A DNA stretch of 64,000 nucleotides from contig OZ316898.1 of assembly GCA_973895155.1 (NCBI GenBank), positions 126,751 to 190,750 on the forward strand. The letters run 5' to 3'. Every line of letters starts with the position of its first letter. Positions within the stretch are counted from its first letter, which is position 1. This document shows, piece by piece, positions 47,813 through 58,200 of the stretch. The notes beneath the pieces were generated by a model. It made no database searches. It was not told the DNA's origin and was given only the letters and a program-made list of their open reading frames with translations. This DNA is from Marsupella aquatica. Lineage: Eukaryota > Plantae > Marchantiophyta. Position numbers and translations under genes: made by a program.

Positions 47813-50800
47813 AAAATGTGGTGCGTCCCATGGCTCCCTAAACCCCAGAAACCCCCCTTCACAAGCCGATTCCCGCGGGTTTCACGCTTGGCGAGGCCGT
47901 TTTTGCGGCTTAGTGGCATGGGACGCTGCTAACTTCCTTCTACTACTACTATTAACATTTTACACACATATACTGGACAGATCCTTCATCGGGTCATGAG
48001 ATCCATAGCCGGCCTAATATAGGCCTTCCCTTGTCTTCCCCTCCTTCTTGTTAGGTATATTTGGATTCCGCCGCCAAAATGATCCCCAATAGGCTTGGTT
48101 AAGCCGCTAAGACCTCTCTCAGCTGGACACATCCAACTCTCACTCCCTTGCTTACTCTCCTTCATCTATTAGTTGATGTGGGCACTCTTCACACAAGTTA
48201 ATGCGACACACAAATAGCAAAATGACTCATTCTGACTGAGTCATACCATGCACTTGCCATACAAACAGTACATCTCATACACAAGCTCTGCGAACTAAGC
48301 CGTGAGGCCAACTCTATTCAGCTCTTAGGCATGAGGAAACATGAATATACACAAGGGTCACTGTATGACTAACCGAGAGCTTCTCGTACTACTTGATCCC
48401 AGCCCGGCTGGTGCAAACTAAAAACTTGCTAAAGAAGAGGCCCTGAGCTCCCCGCTGCCCAGGTACTTATCCTGGTAGTGGATCCGCCTAATTCTTTGCA
48501 GCGTAAGCCTAATCTACCTAATAGTAATCTACTTGCCCGGCTCTACCTATGTACAGCAAGGCAGGAGCACAAGTGTTGCTCCTACCAATGGAACTGCAAT
48601 CCGACTAAGCTAAGTGTCAGGGCCGCCTCCTGTCCTGATCCTAATCCTAAACTTAGAGATCTGAGCCCGCCCTGCCCACTCACGCCTCCTCCCTCCACGT
48701 CCGCCCTCCTTGAAAGGAGTGGCCCTCCACCACCGTCATGGCAGCGGTGTCTGTTCCTCAGTGGACGCCCCCAACGCTTCCTCCTCAGCCACTGCCGTAG
48801 GTTCGTTCTTTGACACATTACCTGCCCTTGACTGAGTCAACTCTCCATCGGCCTGACTGGGTCCACCCCCGCCAATGGCATCGGCTTCAACATCAGCCTC
48901 GGCTACGGCCTCAGCCACGGCTGGCCATCAGGGACGCAAGCTCCTGCTGCAGCGCAATAATCCCTTGATAGGATTTCCCTAAGTCGACCTCCTTCTGCTC
49001 AAGGGCTCTACTCGAGCTCCCCCTTCAATGCCCTTTCCCTTCAATGCCCTTTCCCTTCTCTGGGTCTCCGCCATGGCCCGATTGTTGGCTATTATGTGGG
49101 CCTCCTCTGCATCCCTCAGCTCTCGCTTCCACTTCTCCCGCTCCTTGATCGCATCAGCCAACTCTCCTTGGGTTCGAGTCAGTTTATTCTCGATAATCCG
49201 ATTATCAGACTGTGCGATATCCAATTGGCCCTGCATGATATTTAGCTCATGCCGCTTAATCCGCAGCTCATCTTGGGCTTTCTTGGCCGCCCTCAGGTCT
49301 TTAATTTTGGCTTCCCTTGGCCTAAGCCGACGGATGACCTCCTCCTTCTTGCTTCTTTCCAAAGCCACCGCTTCTTCTAATTGGCGCTTCTCCAACATCT
49401 CCCTCTGAAAAAAGGGTCCTTGCTCCAACTCCTCCCCAAAGATGCTGAGCGCCAGCTCTCCACACATTTCCCCGTACTCCATGGCTCTATTCTTAGCATA
49501 GGTGGAGGAAGTAGAAGTCATCGGCATCATCCACCGCGGCCTTTGTTCCCAAGCCGCCTTGCAGATCTTGTCTATTGTGGCTAGAGGGATGCTTCATTTT
49601 TCTGCAAGCCGCCTGATGTCCTCTGGCCATTCTCCTCCTGGTAAATCCTTTTCCCTAGCCAGGGCTGCCTCCTCTTCCTCCCTAATTCGTTCTTGAAATT
49701 CCTGCGTCGTCTGTTTTATGCCGTCAAAGCTCAGGGGAGCGACATCTGGTGGGGGAGACTCGGGGCTGCTCTGCTGGCTCGGGTCTCCTTGAACTACTCT
49801 TGGGAGCGTGGGGATGAACCGGCCACAGGTCCTTACTCCTGGAACATGATGATCCGACCCGTAGCCGGAGTCATCATTGCTGTAGTCCTCTACCGCCTCC
49901 TCGTCGGCTTGGACTACCGACTTCTCCCGCTGTTCTCCTGGTTTTGTCGTGAACACTGCTTCACCTCTCACCGATCTTGGTTCCTCCTCCGGCTTCCGTG
50001 TTGATCTCTTGTTCTCCTTGTCGTGGCCGGGAGCTACGGCCTACTTCTCCTTGGCTTCGGGACTTGAGGCTCCTACATACATCCGGACTCCCGGCTCGTG
50101 TTCCAGCCTCCTTCTCTCCTTGACCCCAGTAAAGGGGTTTTCCCTTGTAAGCCGGCTTAGGCCCACCTCTGGAGCAGTGTCCTGCATTGGTGCCGTTGCT
50201 GTTGCCGTTGCCGTTCTCTTTTCCTTCTCTAGCAATTTCAGCAGATTCTGCATGCCTGGTTGCTGCATCGGCAAGTCCTCCGTCCTTGGCCTAAACACCT
50301 GCTCGATTGTAGGACTGTCGGGCGGGTTGGGTTTCTCCGTTGCCGGCCTCTGTTCCGGAACCTCCTCTGGTGCCCTTGCCTGTAGGGGAAGTACCGGGGC
50401 AAAGGTCTTACTTCGGGCATACCGGCATAGTAGCGGTACGTGATAGCCAAGCCGGGACACGCTTCCCTTGCCAATCACCAGTTGTTCCTCCTTCAAGATC
50501 TTCTTTAGTTGAGTGAGGAGGTACCCATTGTAGTCCCGGCTTGGGTCTGGCCTCTCTGCCAGATAGACCTGTGCCTTGCCGATCTCTGGTCTCGGCCAGT
50601 TGCAATGCATGGTCACCCGCAAGAAATCGATCATCTCTCCTATATGCGGGTTGGTGCAGGTGTTTCGGAAGAAGCCATTCTTTGTTGAAGGCCCGGGAAA
50701 CGACCGGAACTCCTTGTCTGGCAAAGTCTTCCTGGTATCTCCCTTGGTCTTATTGCCCTTTGGCAAGCCAAACACTTTGGCAATCACCTGGGGAGTGAGA

Positions 50801-51978
50801 TAGAAATCCTTCCCATACACCCTTGTGGAATTGGTCTCGGACTTCCATGATCCCACGAATTCTAGTAAGTCTGAATCTGGCACCTCCGGCTTCAGCCACG
50901 GTAACCTTACGAAGGCTTCCAAGCCGGATCCGGCCATGAAGCCCTGGTATTTCTGAGTCTGCATAGCCGTAAAGCATGCATCCTCCTCCTGTGCAAAGTA
51001 TAATTGCACTTCCTCGGGGAGAATCGCCGCCCAGCCTTTCCTGGTGTCATCTCTTGTGGAATGGCTCAAGGGAGGCTTGAGTAGGAAATGCGTCAGTTTT
51101 TTGCTTTCAAGGAGTAGTAATTACATAGTTTAGTGATTAGCGGAGTTGTTAGGTTTAAGGTAACTTAATAACTAGGGAAGTAGAGTAGGGAAATAAATTG
51201 AGGGAGAGGACATGTTTCTCTAAGAAGTATCAAGAGTTGAGTAAGTTATTTGGTAAGGGTGGAAAAAAGTTACGGTAGTCGGCAAGTCGGGCCGAAGGCA
51301 TGATCGATACTTTTGAGTGATAAGTTTTGCTAAGACTCATCCTATAGGTGCTAGGTAGTCCCTAGACCACACATAAAAGTCACAAAGTCAAGTGGGGTCT
51401 TAACCTAGGAGTTGTAAGTATTTTGGCAAAACTTAAAGTTACCAAATAGCGGGTCTCGGGAAAAATAGCTGATGGGAAAAGGTAGGGGTTCCAAGTTGCA
51501 AAATAGGTTAAAAATGGTCCACTCTATCCCTGGAAACTTGTGGGAGAACTTGGTTACCTTTGGTTACTTTTTGGGAGCATCTCAAAGTTGAGAAGAATTT
51601 TGGAAAACATAAGAATTAACCCTCTTTACCTAATTTTAGAAAATTGGTTATAGGGTTTTGTTTAGATCTCAGTAAACCAGGACATAGCCCTATGTCAAGA
51701 AAATCTATGGATCTACTGAAAAGTCCTTTTGGCCTTATGGGTGATTTTTGGCGGTGGGTACAATATGGGCCGGGGAATTATAGTTTTTCCCAAATAACGA
51801 AATCCGACTAAGTGTAAAAACGCTTCGATGAGGCTACCACAAGGCAGGAATAAGTCAAGCACAAGGGCGGCTAGGAGATGGTTGAATAGACCAGGCAATC
51901 ACAAGGTGAAGGAACTTGAGTGGGAGTGGTAGTTAGTTGGACTTTTGTTGTAGTGTGACTTTGGTAGTTAGTAGGACT

Positions 51979-52190
51979 TTGGTGGGCTACCTTGGTCCTT
52001 GGTCCTTGGTGGGCTACTTTGGTCCTTGGTCCTTGGTGGGCTACTTTGGTCCTTGGTCCTTGGTGGGCTGCTTTGGTCCTCTACCTTGGTCTTTGGTCCT
52101 CTACCTTGGTCCTTGGTCCTTGATGGGCTACCTTGGTCCTTGGTCCTTGGTGGGCTACTTTGGTCCTTGGTCCTTGGTGGGCTACCTTGG
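51979..52190. repeat. Tandem array of about 27 bp in W upstream of the TATA box
   Basis: Unit GGTGGGCTACYTTGGTCCTTGGTCCTT. Confidence 0.88.
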
Positions 52191-52818
52191 TGTGGTGTGG
52201 AAGGAGAATAGTATATAAGGAGGAAGTTTTCATTTGTTAGGGACCGGGAGTCTCATCTCTTAAGTGGAATCTCTACCTTGCCAAGGTAGGGCTAAGCTTG
52301 AGAAGGGAGAGGTGGTCCATGCTTAGTGTGGAGAATGTGTAGTGAACTTTTGTTGTAAAGGTGATGCAATAAAAGGAGACTTGTCAATCTTCATTGTGAC
52401 CATTAAGTGTGAGTGCATTTGAAGCATATGAGAGCAAGAGAAGAGTCCATGCTATGATGTAATCTTGGTCTAAGCTTGAAGGGGATGTGCTAGTACAAAA
52501 CCAAGGCCAAGAGGCAAGGTTAAGGTAGAGCACTACTTTGAGACTTAGAGAGGATTATAGCTTGAGGGTGGAAAGTATTTTGCTTGGTGTATGGTGTTAA
52601 CAAGAAGTAAGAACAAGAGGAAGAGTCCTTAGATAGAGGAGCCTTCTCTAGAGCTCAAAGGGGATGTGTGGACCCAAACCAAGGCCAGGGGGCAAGGTTG
52701 AGGGGTAACACTACTTTGAGGGTCTTGAGGAGACTTAAGCTTGAAGAGGAAAGTACTTTGGTTCTTGGGTGTTTGTGTGAGACTCTTCTCTAAGGTGACA
52801 GCTTGGAGCGGAGATCCC

Positions 52819-54017
52819 TGAGGTGCGTCCCATGGCTCCCTAAACCCAAGAAACCCCCCAGCTCAAGCCAATTCCCGCAGGTTTCGCGCTTGGCGAGGCC
52901 GTTTCCGCGGCTTAGCGGCATGGGACGCTGCTAACCTTCTACTACTACTATTAACATTTTACACACATATACTGGACAGATCCTTCATCGGGTCATGAGA
53001 TACGTAGCCGGCCTAATCTAGGCCTTCCCTCGTCTTCCCCTCCGTCTTGTTAGGTATGTTTGGATTCCGCCGCCGGAATGATCCCCAATAGGTTTGGTTA
53101 AGCCGCTAAGACCTCTCTCAGCTCGACACATCCAACTCTTACTCCCCTGCTTACTTTCCTTCCTTCTGGTTGATGTGGGCACTCTTCACACAAGTTAATG
53201 CGACACACAAATAGCAAAATGACTCATTCTGACTGAGTCATACCATGCACTTGCCATACAAACAGTACATCTCATACACAAGCTCTGCGAACTAAGCCGT
53301 GAGGCCAACTCTATTCAGCTCTTAGGCATGAGGAAACATGAATATACACAAGGGTCACTGTATGACTAACCGAGAGCTTCTCGTACTACTTGATCCCAGC
53401 CCGGCTGGTGCAAACTAAAAACTTGCTAAAGAAGAGGCCCTGAGCTCCCCGCTGCCCAGGTACTTATCCTGGTAGTGGATCCGCCTAATTCTTTGCAGCG
53501 TAAGCCTAATCTACCTAATAGTAATCTACTTGCCCGGCTCTACCTATGTACAGCAAGGCAGGAGCACAAGTGTTGCTCCTACCAGTGGAACCGCAATCCC
53601 ACTAAGCTAAGTGTCAGGGCCGCTCCTGGTCCTGATCCTAATCCTAAACTTGGAGATCAGCGCCCGCCCTGCCCACTCACGCCTCCTCCCTCCACGTCCG
53701 CCCTCCCTAAAAGGAACGGCGCCCTTGCACCGTCACGACACCGGTGGTGGATCCTTAATGGACGCCCCCAACGCTTCCTCCTCAGCCACTGCCGGTCCTT
53801 CTTCCCGTTGATCCTTCCTAGCCGCTGACGCTTAACGCACCCTAACCCTAATCGAGTTTTCACCCTCAGCGTCCTTACCTCCGGCCTCGGCCCGGGTTCC
53901 ATGGTTGCCCCTAATTGTTTATATTTTCCTTGTTTTGTCCCTATACTAAGGTGTTCCTAGGGTGCCTTCCTGCTTTACCCACTTAACTCGCCGAGTGATT
54001 CCTGTCTAGGCATCACA
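52819..54017 (-). mobile_element. Miniature X1 solo LTR (1199 bp) with the ORF deleted
   Basis: Both X termini present, TSD ATCCC, deletion junction at CTGCCG 53789-53794. Confidence 0.93.
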
Positions 54018-55279
54018 ATCCCCCTTGCTGATCCTTGGAGTAGAGGAGAGGAGAAGGGTGTGAGTACAAAAGTAGTCAAGGGGACTACCTCTCTAGAAGT
54101 GGAGAGTTGAAACTACTTATGTATGGAGTGATTAGTCATTGTAGGCACATTTCAGAAGTTTTGTCAATCCTTTGTGACCCTGGTATGATATGGAGCAGGT
54201 ATTAGGTAGTCTTTTGGGGAGAAAAGCCGCTTAAGCTCCTTGACATCTCTTGTTGGAATGGCGTTGATGGGGTCGACCTCCTCCTCCTCGGCTTCTCTCT
54301 GCCTCCGGCTCTGTTGTTCTGCTGGCTTCTTTGGTGCCGCCGACCTCGTTCTTTTTGCCGGGGTGGCCTCTTCGTTGTTGTTCCCCTTCCTCTTCATCTC
54401 GGCTGCCGTGGATGTCTCTCCTAGCATGGTTTCCTTTGTCCACCCCTCCGTGCTACCCTTCAACTCCCAGTGTATGTCGTTGCAGCATTTGATGGCTTCG
54501 CGGATGCCGATGACTCTGTTTTCGCAAAACAGCAGGTCATCTAGCTCGTTGCCAGTAGGCGTCCACAGGAATTCAGCCTTGATGAGTTCTCCTCCTAAGA
54601 AGGCAGCTTTCTGTAGCTCCCACAATCGGGCGAGCTCCTGCCGTTCTCGAGCTGCTCTCTCCGATTCTTCGTCCTCGTAAGTCCCAATGTACTCAGTTGC
54701 CCGTTCGAACAGGCATCCCCAAAAATGTGCCGCTTGATTGATGTTGCTCATACCCTTCTTGAGTTCATAGTCGGTATCTGTTTCCACCCTGAGCGCTTGC
54801 CTAAGCACTTGACAGTAGTTGGCCGCCCGTAGTCGCCTGCCCAGTTCGTGCTTGCAGATGAGCCACTACTCCTCGCTAGCGGTCCTTACCCCTCTCCTCC
54901 TCTGGTTCTCCCTCCCGTTGGTTACCCCTAGCCGCCGGCACTTAGCGTGCCCTAACCCTAATCATGTTCTCTCCCCTGGCGTCCTTACTTCCGGCCTCGG
55001 CTCGGGTTCCATAGTCACCCTTAATTGTTTATATTTTCCTTATTTATGTAACTATACTAAGGTGTTTCTAGGGTACACTTCCCTTTTCCCCTAAAACTAG
55101 CCCAGTGATTCCTGGCTAGGCATCACAACAAACCTGCCCACAAATGTGAGACAAGCACCTTCAACTTCCACTCGCAAAAAGTGAATCGGCCACCTAGCAA
55201 TCTCTAGCACCCATGCAATCCAACTTTATCCTTAAGAGGCCAAGAGGAGTGAAACTAGGATACAACTCACAAAGGTAGT

Positions 55280-58200
55280 TGTGATGCCTAGACAGGAATC
55301 ACTCGGCCGGTTAAGTGGGTAAAGCAGGAAGGCACCCTAGGAACACCTTAGTATAGTGACAAAACAAGGAAAATATAAACAATTAGGGGCAACCATGGAA
55401 CCCGGGCCGAGGCCGGAGGTAAGGCTAAGGGTGAAAACCCGATTAGGGTTAGGGCGCGTTAAGCGTCGGCGGCTAGGAAGGATCAACGGGAAGAAGGACC
55501 GGCAAAGGAGAGGGGTAAGGAGCGCTTGCAGGAGATGGTGGCTCATTTGCGAGCACGAACTAGGCAGACGACTACGGGAGGCCAACTACTGTCAGCTGCT
55601 TAGGCAAGCACTCGGGGAGAGAGTAGATACCGACGATCGACCTAAGGAGGGTATGAGCAACGTCAATCAAGCGGCACATTTCTGGGGATGCCTGTTCGAA
55701 CGGGCAACTGAGTACATCAAGACTTACGAGGACGAGGAGTCAGAAAGGGCAGCTCGAGAACGGCAGGAGCTCGCTCGATTGTGGGAGCTGCAGAAGACGG
55801 CTTTCTTAGGAGGCGAACTCATCAAGGACGAGTTCCTGTGGACGCCTACTTCCAATCAACTCGACGATCTTCTGTTTTGCAAAGACAGCGTCGTCGGCAT
55901 CCGAGAGGCCATCAAGAACTGCAACGACATACACTGGGAATTAAAGGGTAGCACGGAAAGGTGGACCCAGGCAACGGTGCTAGGAGAAACCTCCACGGCA
56001 GCAGAGATGAAGAGGAAGGGAGCCATCAACGATGAAGCCACCCCGGCAAAAAGAACGAGGTCGGCGGCACCAAAGAAGCCAGCCGAGCAGCAGAGCAGGA
56101 AGCAGGGAGAAGCCGAAGAGGAGGAGGTCGATCCCATCAAGGCCATTCCAACCAGGGATGACACCTGGAAGGGCTGGGCGGCAACCCTACCGGTGGAGGT
56201 GCAACTACATTTTGCACGGGAGGAGAATGCATGCTTTACGGCCATGCAGACCAAGAAGTACCAAGGCTTCATGGCCGGATCCGGCTTGGAGGCCTTTGTA
56301 AGATTACCATGGCTGAAGCCGGAGGTACCGGAGTCAGACCTATTAGAATTCGTGGGGTCATGGGAACCCGAGACCAATTGCACGAGGATATATGGGAGGG
56401 ATTTCTATCTTACTCCCAAGGTAATTGCCGAAGTGTTTGGCCTGCCGATAGGCAATAAGACCAAAGTTGATACCAGGAAGACCTTGCCTGACAAGGAGTT
56501 CCGGTCGTTCCCCGGGCCATCAACGAAGAATGGCTTCTTCCGGAACACCTGCACCAACCCGCACATAGGAGAGATGATCGACTTCTTGCGGGTGACCATG
56601 CATTGTAACTTGCCGAGGGCAGAGATCGGCAAGGCACAGGTCTATCTGGCAGAAAGGCCAGACCCAAGCCGGGACTACAACGGGTACCTCCTCAACCAAT
56701 TGAAGAAGATCTTAAAGGAGGAGCAGCAGGTAATCGGCATGGGGAGCGTGTCGCGGCTTGGCTATCACATGCCGCTGTTGTGCCGGTATGCCAGAGGTCA
56801 GACTTTTGCCCCGGTACTTCCCCTGCAGGTAAGGGCACCCGAGGAAGCTCCAACGCCGAGGCCGTTGGCTGAGAAGCCTCAACCACCTGTTAGTCCTACG
56901 ATCGAGCAGGTGTTTAGGCCCAGGAAGGAGGACTTGCCGATGCAGCAACCAGGCATGCAGAGTCTGCTGAAACTACTGGAGAAAGAAAAGAAATCGGCAT
57001 CGGCAACAACAACGGCAACGGCAACAATGCAGGACACTACTACAGAGGTAGGCCTACACCTGCTCACAAGAGAAAACCCCTTTGCTGGAAACAAGGAGAG
57101 AATCAGGTCGGAATCCAAGCCAGGTGTTCGAATGTACGTGGGAACCTCAAGCTCCGAATCTGAGGCAGAATTGCCTGAAGCTCCTACCGACGAAGAGGAG
57201 AGGGAGAAGCCGGACGTCCAAGAGGTAGAGGAGGCAGTGGAGGACTGCAGCCATGATAATTCCGGCTATGGGTCGGACCATCACGTTCCAGGAGTAAGGA
57301 CCTGTGGCTGGTTTGTCCCCACACTTCCAAGGGTAGTGCGAGGGGACCCCAACCAGCAGAGTAGCCCTGAGTCTCCCCCACCAGATGTTGCTCCCCTAAG
57401 CTTCGACGGCATAAAACAGACGGTGCAGGAATTTCAGGAGCGAATCAAGCAGGAGGAAGAGGCCGCCCTGGCTAAGGAAAAGGATTTACCAGGAGGAGAT
57501 TGGCCGGAGGACATCAGGCGGCTAGCCGAAAAAGGAAGCAAACCTCTAGCCACGATTGAAGAGATCCGCAGGACGGCTTGGGAGCAGAGGCCACGATGGG
57601 CGATGCCGATCACTTCTACTTACTCCACCTACGCTAAGAATAGAGCCATGGAGTATGGTGAGATGTGTGGGGAACTTGCGCTCGACATCTTTGGAGAGGA
57701 GTTGGAGATAGGACCCTTTTTCCATAGGGAGCAGTTGGAGAAGCACCAATTAGAAGAAGCGGTGGCTTTAGAGAGAAGCAAGAAGGACGAGGTCATTCGG
57801 CGGCTTAGGAGGATGGAAGCCGAGATTGAAGATCTAAGGGCGGCCAAGAAAGCCCAAGATGAACTGCGGATTAAACGACATGAGCTGAACATCATGCAGG
57901 GGCAGTTGGACACCGCGCAGGCTGATAATCAGAATATCAAGGATAAACTGACTCAGACGCAGGAAGAGTTGGCCGACACGATCAAAGAGAGGGAGAAGTG
58001 GAAGCAAGAGCTAAAGAATACAGAGGAGGCCCACATAACAGCCAACAGCCGGGCCATGGCGGAGACCCAAAGAAAGGAATGGGCGTTGAAAGGGGAGCTC
58101 GAGAAAATCCGCGGAGCCCTTGAGCAGAAGGAGGTCGAGTTAGGGAAATCCTATCAAGGGATTATGGCGCTGCAGCAGGAGCTTGCGTCCCTGACGGCCA

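Larger units (their letters stand above)
51055..54245 (+). mobile_element. Solo LTR W of an unrelated family (about 1.99 kb without its nested insert)
   Basis: TGT...ACA termini, TSD TCTCT, TATATAA at 52212, AATAAA near 52368, no coding motifs; strand inferred from the TATA box. Confidence 0.8.
19535..55127 (-). mobile_element. Ty3/gypsy element X2 with protein-coding LTRs (backbone of the nest)
   Basis: 5' LTR 47817-55127, PBS 47795-47812, gag/PR/RT 43433-47747, RNaseH-INT pieces 28770-29873, 28333-28380 and 22057-22769, PPT 22069-22085, 3' LTR from 22068 leftwards. The pieces rejoin across TSD-flanked insertions. Confidence 0.9.
47817..55127 (-). repeat. 5' LTR of X2, containing a disrupted accessory ORF (about 48736-51054 and 54246-54810) and the nested solo LTR W
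   Basis: Both termini match 55280-59915; ORF fragments 48979-49530, 49594-49971, 50041-51069 and 54164-54808. Confidence 0.92.

Noticed and set aside
51937-52218. Hydrophobic GPWSLVGYF-repeat ORFs
   Set aside because: Artefact of the 27-bp tandem array in solo LTR W.
55443-55454. TTAGGGTTAGGG as a telomeric remnant
   Set aside because: Only two units, and a fixed part of every X LTR rather than a healed chromosome end.
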